Shown here piece after piece: positions 43,464 through 53,590 of a DNA stretch of 58,189 nt. This stretch comes from Candidatus Edwardsbacteria bacterium. GTDB lineage: Bacteria; Edwardsbacteria; AC1; EtOH8. The position numbers were made by a program, and so were the translations under genes. Where the stretch lies: contig JALOPJ010000012.1 of the NCBI GenBank assembly GCA_025453955.1, positions 1-58,189 of the forward strand. The letters run 5' to 3'. The number at the start of each line of letters is the position of its first letter. Positions within the stretch are counted from its first letter, which is position 1. The notes under the pieces were generated by a model, which was not told the origin of the DNA, did not search any database, and saw only the letters and a program-made list of their open reading frames with translations.

Positions 43464-44579
43464 TCAGCGTGACAGCCTCTCCACGCCGCGCGCCACCGCC
43501 GCGAACACGGCGCCGAGGTCCAGCTGCTTGACGCATGCCAAGGTGTCGCACGTCTTCTTCCAGCACGGCGCGCAGGGCAGCGGCGACACGATCTTCTCGC
43601 CCCGGCCGAACAGCTCGATCTCGGCGGCGCAGGACAGGCCGAACCAGGCCACCACCTGCTTCTGCAGCGCGATGGCCATGTGCATGGCCGAGGTGTCGCC
43701 GGTGACCACCAGGTCGCAGGCGTCCACGTAGACGATGCCGCGCCTGATGCCCTCGCCCGTCGGGCTGGCGATCACCGCGGCGCCGGCCTTCCGTCTGATC
43801 TCGGCGTTGCGCTCCGTCTCGGCCTTCCCTCCCAGCAATACGATCCGGGCCTTGGGAAGTTCCCTCCTGATGCGCTTGATCAGGGCGACGTGCTGGTCGA
43901 CCGTCATTTTCTTGTTGGGGAACAGGTCGGAGCAGCCGGTGTTGAATCCGATGACGATTTCGGATTTGGTGATCTTGGATTTGGTCCTGAAGTCCTGGGC
44001 GGCCTGCTTTTCCCCGGGCGTCAGATCCAGCACGTAGCCCTCGCCGCGGTAGTCGAGCTTGAGCGCCCGCGCCAGGAACCGCACGCCGGTCTCGGCGTTG
44101 CGCCTGAACTTGAGGTCGTCGTCGAGGCCCAGCCGCCAGGCGTATTCCGCCTCCCGGTTGAACGGCACGATCGCCCCGCTGCGGTCGAGCCCGAAGCCGA
44201 GCTTTTGCTTCGACCGCACCAGCATCGCCAGGGCGTCCGAGCGGTGGGCCTTGTCCACCGAGTACACCCGGTCGAAGCGCATGGCCTGCAGCACGGTCAC
44301 CGTCTCGAAGTCGTAGGGCCACACCCGGTCGAGGTGGGGGTTGTTGGCCAGCAGCGGCACGGCGCCGGGCATGGTCACCCAGTGGACCGTGCTGGCCGGG
44401 TCGCGGCGCTTGATCGCCGGCAGCAGGGCCGTGGTCATCAGCACCGCGCCCAGCGCGTCCAGGTTGATGATCAGGACCTGCCTGCCCCGCGGGCGGCGCT
44501 CGGCGCAGCCCCGGCACAGCTTGCCCGGCGAGCACGGCTTGTAGCCGGTGAACCGGACGCAGTCGACGGAACGCTTCAC
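43464..44579 (-). CDS. Glycosyltransferase family 9 (heptosyltransferase-like)
   Basis: VLIINLDALGAVLMTTALLPAIKR and VVTGDTSAMHMAIALQKQVVAWFG. The N- and C-terminal regions are Cys-rich. Confidence 0.85.
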   Translation of the reverse strand: MKRSVDCVRFTGYKPCSPGKLCRGCAERRPRGRQVLIINLDALGAVLMTTALLPAIKRRDPASTVHWVTMPGAVPLLANNPHLDRVWPYDFETVTVLQAMRFDRVYSVDKAHRSDALAMLVRSKQKLGFGLDRSGAIVPFNREAEYAWRLGLDDDLKFRRNAETGVRFLARALKLDYRGEGYVLDLTPGEKQAAQDFRTKSKITKSEIVIGFNTGCSDLFPNKKMTVDQHVALIKRIRRELPKARIVLLGGKAETERNAEIRRKAGAAVIASPTGEGIRRGIVYVDACDLVVTGDTSAMHMAIALQKQVVAWFGLSCAAEIELFGRGEKIVSPLPCAPCWKKTCDTLACVKQLDLGAVFAAVARGVERLSR

Positions 44580-44620
44580 GGCGGACTCCGGTCAGATCGA
44601 TACGGTGTGGTCGCCGCTGG

Positions 44621-45736
44621 TCACTTGAAGAACCCGGCGACGGCGTCCGCCACCCGGTCCTGCTGCTCCCCGGTGATCTCGGGATAGATCGGCAGGCTGA
44701 ACACCCGGCTGGCGGCGTCCTCGGCCACCGGGAAGCTGCCCTGCCTCTTGCCCAGGGACTCGAAGGCCGGCTGCAGGTGCAACGGGATCGGATAGTGCAC
44801 GGCGCACGGCACCTGGTGCTGGCGCAGGTGCTCGACCATGGCGTCCCGCCTGGCGGTGCGCAGGGTGTACTGGTGGTAGATCATGTCGTTGTAGCCGCGG
44901 ACCTCGGGCGTCACGATGTCGCCGACGCCGGCGAACCGCGCGTCATAGTGCGCGGCCTTCTCCCGCCGCGACCTGTTCCACCGGTCGAGGTACTTGAGCT
45001 TGACGGCCAGCACCGCCGCCTGCAAGGCGTCCAGCCGCGAGTTGACCCCGATCTTGACGTGGTGGTAGGTCTTCTCCGAGCCGTGCTGCCGCAGCATCCG
45101 GCACTCGCGCGCGGCGGCATCGTCGTCGGTCAGGATCATGCCGCCGTCGCCGTAGGCGCCCAGGTTCTTGCTGGGGTAGAACGACAGCCCCGCGATCCGA
45201 CCGATCGAGCCGGTCTGGCGCCCCCGGTACGCGGCGCCCAGGCTCTGGGCGCAGTCCTCGATCACCGCCAGGTCGTGCCGCTTGGCGATGGCCATGATCT
45301 CGTCCATGTCCGCGGCCTGGCCGTAGATGTGCACCGGCATGATGGCGCGGGTCTTCTTGGTGATGGCGGCCTCGATCCTGGCGGGGTCGATGTTGAGCGT
45401 GTCCGGGCAGATGTCCACGAACACCGGCGTGGCCGGGACCCAGGTGACCACCTCGGCGGTGGCGATGAAGGTGAACGGCGTGGTGATCACCTCGTCGCCG
45501 GCCCGGACGCCGGCCGCCTTCAGCGCCAAATAGAGCGCGTCGGTGCCGGAGTTGACCCCGACGGCGTGCCTGACCCCGACGTACGCCGCCACGCCGGCCT
45601 CGAACTCCTCGACGGTCCTGCCCAGGATGAACCCGCCGCTGGACACCACCTTCTCGATGGCCGCGTCGACCTCGGGCTTGATGGTCCGGTACTGCGCCAC
45701 CAGGTCCAGGAACTGCAGCTTCTGTTGGTCGCCCAT
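44621..45736 (-). CDS. DegT/DnrJ/EryC1/StrS-family sugar aminotransferase
   Basis: GFILGRTVEEFEAGVAAYVG, GLSFYPSKNLGAYGDGG (PLP lysine) and DALQAAVL. Confidence 0.93.
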   Translation of the reverse strand: MGDQQKLQFLDLVAQYRTIKPEVDAAIEKVVSSGGFILGRTVEEFEAGVAAYVGVRHAVGVNSGTDALYLALKAAGVRAGDEVITTPFTFIATAEVVTWVPATPVFVDICPDTLNIDPARIEAAITKKTRAIMPVHIYGQAADMDEIMAIAKRHDLAVIEDCAQSLGAAYRGRQTGSIGRIAGLSFYPSKNLGAYGDGGMILTDDDAAARECRMLRQHGSEKTYHHVKIGVNSRLDALQAAVLAVKLKYLDRWNRSRREKAAHYDARFAGVGDIVTPEVRGYNDMIYHQYTLRTARRDAMVEHLRQHQVPCAVHYPIPLHLQPAFESLGKRQGSFPVAEDAASRVFSLPIYPEITGEQQDRVADAVAGFFK

Positions 45737-45789
45737 GGTGCTCCTCGTGATTGTATATGATGATTATTGGATGGTCGCTTCGGCCGTGG

Positions 45790-47556
45790 TCACTCGAGCT
45801 CCAGCGGGCAGGACTCGTCCAGCAGCCGCAGGCCGGGCAGCGCCCGGCGCAGGAATTCCCTGAGGCCGGCCCGGGCCTGCTGCGGCGACGCGGCGGCCAT
45901 CGCCGCCGCCGCCGCCTGCCGGCACCGGTCGTGGCGCAGGCCGACGATGATGCGCTTGACCTCGGGCACCGCCGCCGGGCTGACCGACAGCTCGTCCAGC
46001 CCCAGCCCCAGCAGCAGCGGCACCGCCAGCGGGTCGGCCCCCATCTCGCCGCACAGGCCCACCCAGATGCCGGCCCGGTGGCCGGCGTCGATCACCTCGC
46101 GGATCAGGCGCAGCACCGCGGGATGGAACGGATCGTAGAGCTTGGCCACCCGCTCGTTGGTGCGGTCGACCGCCAGGGTGTACTGGGTGAGGTCGTTGGA
46201 GCCGATCGAGAAGAAGTCCGACAGCCGCGCCAGCTCGTCGGCGACCAGTGCCGCGGCCGGCGTCTCGACCATGATCCCCAGCCGGATGGCCGGGTCGCTG
46301 GCCACTCCCTCGGCCGCCAATTCACGCTGGCATGATTCCAGCAGCTCGCGGCTGCGCCGCACCTCGTCGGGGCTGGAGATCATCGGCAGCATGATCCGCA
46401 CCGCCCCGTGCGCGGAGGCCCGCAGGATGGCCCGCAGCTGGGTGCGGAAGACGTCCGGCCGGTCCAGGCAGTAGCGCACGGCGCGCCAGCCCAGGAACGG
46501 GTTGGATTCCTGGTAGTCCTCGCCGATCTTGTCGCCGCCCAGGTCGAAGGTGCGGATGATCACGGGATCGGGCCGCGCCTGCTCGGCCACCCGGCGGTAG
46601 ATCCTGGCCTGCTCGTCCTCGGTCGGCATGTGGTCCGACGTCAGGAACAGGAACTCGGTGCGGAACAGCCCCACGCCGCAGGCGCCGTGCGACTTGACCG
46701 ACGGCATCTCCTCGGGCAGCTCGATGTTGGCGGCCAGGTCCACCGCAAACCCGTCCGCCGTGACCGCCCGCTGTTTGCGCAGGCGCTGCAGGTCGTGCTG
46801 GCGGCCGGTGTAGTTCTTCAGCTCGCGGCGGTAGGCCCGGACCGTCTTCTCGTCCGGGTTGAAGATCACCACGCCCCGCAGCCCGTCGACCACCACCAGG
46901 TCGCCCTGGGACGCCCCCAGCATCGCGCCCTTCAGCCCCACCACCGCCGGGATCTCCAGGCTGCGGGCCACGATCGCCGTGTGGGAAGTCGCGCCGCCCG
47001 CCTCGGTGACGAACCCGGCGGCCTTGCGGCCCAGCAGCTGGGCGGTGTCGGCCGGCGACAGGTCGTGACCGACCACCACCGCCTGCTTGGGGATGGCCAG
47101 GGGGATGGCCGTGGTCTGGAACTGGAGGTGCTTGATCACCCGCCAGGCCAGGTCGCGCACGTCGGCGGCCCGTTCCCGCAGGTACTGGTTGTCGGTGGCC
47201 TCCATGCCGCGGATCATCACCTCCATGGTCTCCTGGAAGGCCGAGGCCGCGTCCTGGCGCTGGCCGCGGATCCGGCCGACGGTGGCCTCGACCGCCGTCG
47301 GGTCGTCCAGCAGCAGCACCTGGGCGTCCCACAGCGAGGCCTCGCTCTCGCCCAGCCGCTCGGCGATCTGGCGCTTGATCTCCAGCAGCTCGCCCTTGGC
47401 CCGGGACAGCCCGCCCCGGAACCGGGCCACCTCGGTGGCCGGGTCGCTGACCTGCCGCTTCTCGACCTGGGGCGCCTGCTTGCGGTAGACGAAGGCGCGC
47501 CCGATGGCGATGCCGGGCGAGGCGGCGATGCCGGCGACCCGCAGTTCCCTGGCCAT
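45790..47556 (-). CDS. ptsI: Phosphoenolpyruvate-protein phosphotransferase (PTS enzyme I)
   Basis: GGATSHTAIVARSLEIPAVVG (phospho-His), SIGSNDLTQYTLAVDR and CGEMGADP. Confidence 0.95.
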   Translation of the reverse strand: MARELRVAGIAASPGIAIGRAFVYRKQAPQVEKRQVSDPATEVARFRGGLSRAKGELLEIKRQIAERLGESEASLWDAQVLLLDDPTAVEATVGRIRGQRQDAASAFQETMEVMIRGMEATDNQYLRERAADVRDLAWRVIKHLQFQTTAIPLAIPKQAVVVGHDLSPADTAQLLGRKAAGFVTEAGGATSHTAIVARSLEIPAVVGLKGAMLGASQGDLVVVDGLRGVVIFNPDEKTVRAYRRELKNYTGRQHDLQRLRKQRAVTADGFAVDLAANIELPEEMPSVKSHGACGVGLFRTEFLFLTSDHMPTEDEQARIYRRVAEQARPDPVIIRTFDLGGDKIGEDYQESNPFLGWRAVRYCLDRPDVFRTQLRAILRASAHGAVRIMLPMISSPDEVRRSRELLESCQRELAAEGVASDPAIRLGIMVETPAAALVADELARLSDFFSIGSNDLTQYTLAVDRTNERVAKLYDPFHPAVLRLIREVIDAGHRAGIWVGLCGEMGADPLAVPLLLGLGLDELSVSPAAVPEVKRIIVGLRHDRCRQAAAAAMAAASPQQARAGLREFLRRALPGLRLLDESCPLELE

Positions 47557-47558
47557 GG

Positions 47559-47825
47559 TCAGTCCTCGTAGAACTTGGCGGCGATCAGCTGGGCGATGGC
47601 CTCCACCGCCTCGGCCGCGTCCGGGCCGTCGGCCCGCACCACCAGCGCCGAGCCCGGCTCGGCGGCCAGCATCATCACGCCCATGATGCTCTTGCCGTTG
47701 ACCTCCAGGTCGTCCTTGCGCACCCAGACCTGGGACTTGAAGCGTCCGGCCGTCTTGACGAACAGCGCCGCGGGCCGGGCGTGCATGCCCAGGCGGTTGA
47801 CGATGGGGCAGGTTCGTTCTTGCAT
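47559..47825 (-). CDS. ptsH: HPr phosphocarrier protein (88 aa)
   Basis: The tail of track ORF 47559..49121. Reads MQERTCPIVNRLGMHARPAALFV (His site) and NGKSIMGVMML (Ser site). The ATG overlaps the GH57 stop (TGATG). Confidence 0.9.
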   Translation of the reverse strand: MQERTCPIVNRLGMHARPAALFVKTAGRFKSQVWVRKDDLEVNGKSIMGVMMLAAEPGSALVVRADGPDAAEAVEAIAQLIAAKFYED

Positions 47826-49888
47826 CAGCTCTCTTCGATTCCGATCCGCAGCATCAGCGTGCGGGACTCCCCCGCGGCCAGGGCCAGCCGGGTGTGCCAC
47901 AGCAAGCAGGAGCATTGGTAGTTGCGTTCGAAGCCGGCCTCGGACTGCGACACGGTCTCCACCGGGTAGCGCCACAGGTCCATCGGTCCGTCCCAAGCGA
48001 AGCCGACCGCGGTGCGGCGGTGCCCGTCGGCCACCGCGAGGTGGCGCAGCGAGCGGTCCTCCCGCGGCGCTCCCAGCGACCCGTCCTCCAGCCGCCGGTC
48101 GTCGGAACGGCAGCTGCGGCCGGGCCCGGACGACAGCAGTCCCAGGTTGAACTCCAGCGCCGGCCGCAGCTCGGCCGCAGCGTCGGTCTCGTTGGTGAAC
48201 GCCAGCTCGACATCGAACGCCCCGCCGCCGTCCCAGACCAGGCGCTTGCGGTACCGCACGCCATCCTGCCGCAGCTCCAGTTCGACGCTGGCCGACCCGC
48301 GGTCGCGCCGTACCGCGCTCGTCCAGGGGCCGTCCAGCAGCGTCCCGCAGGGACGGCCGGCGGCCAGGTCCGCCAGCGCCGCCGACGGCCCCAGTATCCG
48401 CGAGATCAGCGCGATCCGGCGGCAGTCGTCGTAGGCCAACAGCTTCTCCAGCCCCTCCTCCTTGGCGGCCGTCATTTCGTGGATGCTCTTGCCGTCCGTC
48501 CCGTGGTCGCGATGCCGGGCCGCCACCTTGGCGTGGTAGCTCTCCGGCCGCCGGGCCAGGGTGTCGAGCAGGTTGTACTCCTTGCCGCGCAGGTCCCATT
48601 CGAAGATCGTCCCGCCCTGGGCCGGGGCCAGGTAGAGGTTCATCGCCGGACTCGACAACAGGACCTCGTCGCGACCGTCGCCGTCGAAGTCCAGGGTCTC
48701 GACCGCGACCCCCGGCGGCGCGGCGGCGATCAGGGACTCGGCCCGGATCAGGTGCCGGTAGAGGGCCTCCCGCAGGTGCGGCAGGTACAGGCCGCCGAAG
48801 ATGCCGTGCCAGTAGGCGCAGTTGCATTGGCCGCGGTACAGCTCGCGCAACGCCTCGGGCCCGGCGGCCGCCGCCTTGGCGGAGACCTGCAGCATCTTGC
48901 GGTAGATGTTGTTGGCCTCCGGGTACTTGGTCAGGAAATTGCGCCAGATCCCGCCCCGCACGAAGGGACTGTAACGTTGGTAGCTGCCCTCGGCCTTGAG
49001 CCGTCCTGCCAGCTCCTGGTAGACCGCCTCGGCCGGCGGCTCCAGCACCCATTCGCCCATCTCGGCGTAGGACCCGGTGGGCAGGTAGATCCTGCCCCGC
49101 GGTCCGCCGGACGCCAGGCATTCGGCGTAGGTGGCCGTCGTCAGCCAGTCCCGGTTACGCTCCAGCGCTGCCAGGAAGTCCTTGAGCCATCCCTTGGTGT
49201 AGGACAGGTCGTGGGTGCCCGGCCAGACCCCGAACTTCTCCCCGTCGTCCGCCAGCACGGCCACCACGTCCCGGTCGTCCCGGCGCAGGCTCTGCAGGTG
49301 CCCGATCACCTCGTCCACCGGATGGAACGGCACCAGGTACCGCAGCTTCTGGCTGATGGGGAACACCGCCAGCGTCTTGCCCTGGTCGTCGGTCAGGAAG
49401 TGGCCGTCCAGCTCGTGCTCGAACTTGCCCGCGCTCTTGAAATGGGCGTCGTCCAGCGCCGCGTGCCTGATGCCGGCGTCGGCCAGCGTCGAGGCCAAGG
49501 CCGGCTCCCACACCCGCTCGGCCACCCAGGCGCCGGCGGGACGCGCACCGAACTCGGACTCCAGGAACGTCGACATCATCTCCAGCTGGCCCTGGCGGTC
49601 GCGTTCCGGGATCGCCGGCAGCACCGGCTCGTAGAACCCGCCGCCGACCAGCTCCACCTGGCCGCGCCGGGCCAGGGACCGCACCTGGTCGAGGTATTCC
49701 GGATGATGGGCTTGCAGCCACTCCCACAGGCAACCGCTGTTGTGCAGTGCGAACTTGAACCAGGGGTGGCCGGCCACCAGCGCCAGGAACGGCCGGTAGG
49801 CCTGCTGGTAGGCCTCCTCGACCACGAAATCGAAGTTGCCCACCGGCTGGTGGTTGTGCACCCCGAGGATGAACTTGACGTTGGCCAT
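47825..49888 (-). CDS. Glycoside hydrolase family 57 alpha-glucan enzyme (amylase/4-alpha-glucanotransferase type)
   Basis: Opens with FILGVHNHQPVGNF, contains GQVELVGGGFYEPVL and AWVAERVWEP, and has long C-terminal domains. Confidence 0.88.
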   Translation of the reverse strand: MANVKFILGVHNHQPVGNFDFVVEEAYQQAYRPFLALVAGHPWFKFALHNSGCLWEWLQAHHPEYLDQVRSLARRGQVELVGGGFYEPVLPAIPERDRQGQLEMMSTFLESEFGARPAGAWVAERVWEPALASTLADAGIRHAALDDAHFKSAGKFEHELDGHFLTDDQGKTLAVFPISQKLRYLVPFHPVDEVIGHLQSLRRDDRDVVAVLADDGEKFGVWPGTHDLSYTKGWLKDFLAALERNRDWLTTATYAECLASGGPRGRIYLPTGSYAEMGEWVLEPPAEAVYQELAGRLKAEGSYQRYSPFVRGGIWRNFLTKYPEANNIYRKMLQVSAKAAAAGPEALRELYRGQCNCAYWHGIFGGLYLPHLREALYRHLIRAESLIAAAPPGVAVETLDFDGDGRDEVLLSSPAMNLYLAPAQGGTIFEWDLRGKEYNLLDTLARRPESYHAKVAARHRDHGTDGKSIHEMTAAKEEGLEKLLAYDDCRRIALISRILGPSAALADLAAGRPCGTLLDGPWTSAVRRDRGSASVELELRQDGVRYRKRLVWDGGGAFDVELAFTNETDAAAELRPALEFNLGLLSSGPGRSCRSDDRRLEDGSLGAPREDRSLRHLAVADGHRRTAVGFAWDGPMDLWRYPVETVSQSEAGFERNYQCSCLLWHTRLALAAGESRTLMLRIGIEES

Positions 49889-49910
49889 CGTTCGTCGTCG
49901 CGTCCTGCGG

Positions 49911-50879
49911 TTATTCCGTGTCCTCGTCCTCGAAGCGGCCGGCCTCGAACTTCTTCTGCATCGATTCCTGCAGCCGGCGGTTGAACTCCTCGGGTGTGCG
50001 GTACCCGTAGACCTTCAGCAGGAAGTTCATGGCGATCACCTCGGCCACCACGCTGATGTTCTTGCCCGGGATCACCGGCACCGTCACCAGCGGGATCTCG
50101 GCGCCCAGGATGGTGGTCGGCTGCTCGTCCAGTCCCAGCCGGTCGTAGTCCTCGTCGTCGGACCAGCGCTTCAGCCGCACCTCCATCTCGATCCGCTTGC
50201 GCATCCGCACCGCCCGGATGCCGAACAGGGTCGCCAGGTCGATGATGCCGACGCCCCGGATCTCCATATGGTGCTGCAGCATCTGGTTGCCGTAGCCGAT
50301 CAGCACGTGCAGGCCGCGGCGCTTGACGAACACCACGTCGTCGGCCACCAGCCGGTGCCCGCGCTCGACCAGGTCCAGGGCGCACTCGCTTTTGCCGATG
50401 CCGCTCTCACCGGTGAACAGCATCCCCACGCCGTAGACGTCGACCAGGGCGCCGTGCATCGAGGTGGTCGGGGCCAGCTTGTTGTCGACGTAGGACGAGA
50501 AGCGGTGGATGAAGTCGGTGGTGTCGAGGTCGGTGCGCAGCACCGGGATGCCGCGCTCGCCGGCGATGCTGACCAGGTCGGGCTGGACCGGCAGCCCCTT
50601 GGTGACGATGATGCAGGGCAGCTCGAAGCCGGTGATGCGGTTGACGGCCTCGCGCCGCTGGTCGGGCGCCAGCGTCTCCAGGTACCCGGTCTCGGTGATG
50701 CCGATGATCTGCACCCGCTCCCACAGGTAGTAGCCCATGTAGCCCGACAGCGCCAGGCCCGGCCGGCTGATGTCGCCGGTGGTGATGCCGCGGTCCAGGC
50801 GGCCGTCGCCCGCCAGCACTTCCAGGTGGAAGTCCCGCTGGCGCTCGTCCAGCAGTTCCCTGACCGTGACCGATTTCAT
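49911..50879 (-). CDS. hprK: HPr kinase/phosphorylase
   Basis: P-loop GESGIGKSECALDLVERGHRLVADD and EIRGVGIID. Confidence 0.95.
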   Translation of the reverse strand: MKSVTVRELLDERQRDFHLEVLAGDGRLDRGITTGDISRPGLALSGYMGYYLWERVQIIGITETGYLETLAPDQRREAVNRITGFELPCIIVTKGLPVQPDLVSIAGERGIPVLRTDLDTTDFIHRFSSYVDNKLAPTTSMHGALVDVYGVGMLFTGESGIGKSECALDLVERGHRLVADDVVFVKRRGLHVLIGYGNQMLQHHMEIRGVGIIDLATLFGIRAVRMRKRIEMEVRLKRWSDDEDYDRLGLDEQPTTILGAEIPLVTVPVIPGKNISVVAEVIAMNFLLKVYGYRTPEEFNRRLQESMQKKFEAGRFEDEDTE

Positions 50880-50907
50880 CGGGATCCCCTCCCCCCGCCG
50901 CCGGCGG

Positions 50908-51237
50908 TCACTCCCGGGCCGCCGCCCGCCGCGACAGGCGCTTCTTGTTGTCGCGCCGCCGTTCCTTCACCTTCTTCACCTGGACCTCCAGCTTCTTCAC
51001 CGCCAGGTCGATGGCCGCCGCCGGGCTGCTGGCCTCCTCCCGGGCCGCCAGCCGCACCCCGCCCGGCAGGTGCACGGTGATCTCGGCGATGTGGCGGTGC
51101 TTCTCCTCGGTCAGCACCACCTTGGTCTGGTCGATGCGGTCGAAGAACTTCCCCAGCTTGAAGACCTGCTCCTCGATCACGGCCCGCAGGGCGTCGGTCA
51201 TGCCGTCGAAATGCCGGGTGGTGATGCTCAGCCTCAT
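50908..51237 (-). CDS. hpf: Ribosome hibernation promoting factor (short HPF/RaiA type)
   Basis: MRLSITTRHFDGMTDALRAVIEEQVFKLGKFFDRI...AIDLAVKKLEVQVKK. Trimmed from ORF 50908..51582. AAGGAG lies upstream. Confidence 0.9.
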   Translation of the reverse strand: MRLSITTRHFDGMTDALRAVIEEQVFKLGKFFDRIDQTKVVLTEEKHRHIAEITVHLPGGVRLAAREEASSPAAAIDLAVKKLEVQVKKVKERRRDNKKRLSRRAAARE

Positions 51238-51278
51238 GGTCGCTCTCCTTGATGTGCGTGGATGGTATGCGAAGATGT

Positions 51279-52181
51279 TCATTCCCCCGTCATGGCCGCG
51301 CCGCGCCGCGCCCGGGCTGCCTCCTGGTAGATCTGCCGCGCCCGGTATGAGCTCCGCACCAGCGGTCCCGCCAGCACCCGGACGATGCCGGGCAGCGCCT
51401 CGCCGTACCGGGAGATCCCGTCGTACTCGGCATCGGTCCAGAACCGGTCCACCGGGAGGTGCGCGGCGGACGGTGCAAGGTACTGCCCGATGGTCACCAG
51501 GTCGCACCCGGCGTCCGACAGGTCGCGCAGCACCGCCTCGACCTCGGCCATCGTCTCCCCCAGGCCGGCCATCAGGCCGCACTTGGTGGTCAGACCCGCC
51601 GCCTTGGCCCGGGCCAGCAACCCCAGCGAGCGCCGGTAGTCGGCGCCGGGCCGGGCCAGCGGATACAGCCGGGCCACGGTCTCCAGGTTGTGGTTGAACA
51701 CGTCCGGCGCCGCGGCGATCGCCCGGTCGGCCGCCGCCGGGTCGCCCTGGAAATCGGGCACCAGCACCTCGACCGCGGTGGCGGGCGAGCGCGACCGGAT
51801 GGCGGCCACCGCCGCCGCGAAGTGGCCGGCGCCGCCGTCCGGCAGGTCGTCCCGCGTCACCGAGGTGATCACGGCATGCGTCAGCCCCAGATCGGCCACG
51901 GCCCGGGCCACCCGCTCCGGCTCGCCGGGGTCTGGTCCGGCCGGCCGCCCCTGGGCCACGGCGCAGAACCGGCAGCGGCGGGTGCAGGCCGGGCCCAGCA
52001 CCAGGAAGGTCGCGGTGCCCTGGGCGTAGCAGTTGTTGCGGTTGGGACAGCGCGCCTCCTCGCAGACGGTGTGCAGCGCCAGCCCCCGCACCAGCGCCGC
52101 CACCCGGCCGCGCTCGGGCGACCTCGCCAGGCGCTGCTTGAAGCTGTCGGGCAGGGTCCGGGCCGGACGGCCGGCCGTCAC
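51279..52181 (-). CDS. lipA: Lipoyl synthase
   Basis: CEEARCPNRNNC and radical-SAM CTRRCRFC motifs. GTG start at 52181 overlaps the rpoN stop (GTGA). It is the tail of track ORF 51279..53012. Confidence 0.9.
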   Translation of the reverse strand: MTAGRPARTLPDSFKQRLARSPERGRVAALVRGLALHTVCEEARCPNRNNCYAQGTATFLVLGPACTRRCRFCAVAQGRPAGPDPGEPERVARAVADLGLTHAVITSVTRDDLPDGGAGHFAAAVAAIRSRSPATAVEVLVPDFQGDPAAADRAIAAAPDVFNHNLETVARLYPLARPGADYRRSLGLLARAKAAGLTTKCGLMAGLGETMAEVEAVLRDLSDAGCDLVTIGQYLAPSAAHLPVDRFWTDAEYDGISRYGEALPGIVRVLAGPLVRSSYRARQIYQEAARARRGAAMTGE

Positions 52182-53590
52182 CGTTTCCTCCGCAGCTTGA
52201 CCGGGAGGATCCGCTCCTCCTGACGGTACTTGGCCACGGTGCGGCGGGCGATGTGCGTGCCGCTCCGCCCCAGGGCCTCGACGATCTGCTGGTCGGTCAG
52301 CGGCTTCTTGGCGTTCTCGCCCCGCACCATCTCCACGATGGTGTCCTTGATGCCCTTGACCGAGTCCTCGCCCCGTTCGGAGCGCAGCCCGCCGCCGAAG
52401 AAGAACCGCAGCGACAGCAGGCCGTGGGGCGTCCAGACGTACTTGTTCTGCACCGCCCGGCTGACCGTCGATTCGTGCATCCCGATGTCGTCGGCGATGT
52501 GGCGCATCGTCATCGGCTTCATGGAGCGGATGCCTCGGTCGAGGAACTCCCTCTGGCGGTCGACGATCGATCGCATGATCCGCAGCACCGTGCGCCGCCG
52601 CTGCTCGATCATCCGCACGATGAAGCGGGCCGACTCCAGTTTCTTGATCACGTACTCGCGGTCCTGGGGGCTGGACTTGCGGGCCGACAGCAGGATCTGG
52701 CGGTAGCCGGGCGTCACCCGCACCCGGGGCACGTTCTGGTCGTTGTTGTAGACCACGTACTCCCCGTCCTGCCGCTCCACGAACAGGTCGGGGTAGATGT
52801 ACTTGACATCGTCGGTGTTGAACGCCGCGCCGGGCTTGGGCGACAGCGTGGCGATGACCTCGCGGGCCCGCACCACGTCGTCCTTCGATGCCCGGATGGC
52901 CCGGGCGATCGCCTGGTAGCGCTGGTGCTCCAGGTCCCGCAGGTGGTGCGCCACCACGTCCCAGACCACCGTCCGCTCCAGCCCCCGCTGGGACAGCTGG
53001 ATCAGCAGGCATTCCCGGATGTCGCGGGCGCCGACGCCGGGCGGGTCGAAGGTCTGCACCAGCTGCAGCATCCTCGCCACGTGGTCCTCGGCCAGGCCCA
53101 GCGCCTGGGCGATCTCGCCGGTGGCCATCCCCAGATAGCCGTCGCCGTCGAGGTTCCCGACGATGTACTCGCCGACCGCCAGGTCGGCGGGGTCGGCGCA
53201 GGCGATCCGCAGCTGCGACAGCAGGTAGTCCTGGAGGCTCTCGGCGCTGACGCAGACCGGCTCCAGCTGGTCCTCGGCCTGCTGCTCCCGCGGCGCCCGG
53301 TAGCCGTCGTCCAGCCCCTCCTGCAGGTAGTTCTCCCAGTCGATCTTGTCCGTGTCCATGATCGAGTCCTTGTCCCCGGGGTCGGCCTCGTGCTCCGCGT
53401 CGGAGTAGTCGGCGGCGTCGGCCGCCGGCTCCTCCTCGCCGACCTCGTCCAGCAGGGGATTGGCCTCCAGCTCCTGGCGCACCAGCTGCTGCAGTTCCAG
53501 CGTCGGCAGCTGCAGCAGCTTCAGCAGCTGCAGCATCTCCGGCGCCAGCACCTGGCGCAGTTCCTGGCGCAGCGACGGCCGGGCGTTCAC
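52178..53590 (-). CDS. rpoN: RNA polymerase sigma-54 factor
   Basis: Region I LRQELRQVLAPEMLQLLKLLQLPTLEL, the HTH, and the RpoN box ARRTVAKYR. GTG start at 53590 overlaps the lptA stop (GTGA). Confidence 0.93.
   Translation of the reverse strand: MNARPSLRQELRQVLAPEMLQLLKLLQLPTLELQQLVRQELEANPLLDEVGEEEPAADAADYSDAEHEADPGDKDSIMDTDKIDWENYLQEGLDDGYRAPREQQAEDQLEPVCVSAESLQDYLLSQLRIACADPADLAVGEYIVGNLDGDGYLGMATGEIAQALGLAEDHVARMLQLVQTFDPPGVGARDIRECLLIQLSQRGLERTVVWDVVAHHLRDLEHQRYQAIARAIRASKDDVVRAREVIATLSPKPGAAFNTDDVKYIYPDLFVERQDGEYVVYNNDQNVPRVRVTPGYRQILLSARKSSPQDREYVIKKLESARFIVRMIEQRRRTVLRIMRSIVDRQREFLDRGIRSMKPMTMRHIADDIGMHESTVSRAVQNKYVWTPHGLLSLRFFFGGGLRSERGEDSVKGIKDTIVEMVRGENAKKPLTDQQIVEALGRSGTHIARRTVAKYRQEERILPVKLRRKR

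Noticed and set aside
51238-51300. Sigma-54 (-24 GG / -12 GC) promoters upstream of hpf, of the che operon and of the PATAN gene.
   Set aside because: I found no GG-N10-GC element with the right spacing and TGGCAC/TTGC context by eye. The TGGC-N5-GTAA repeats at 2471..2546 do not fit the -24/-12 consensus.
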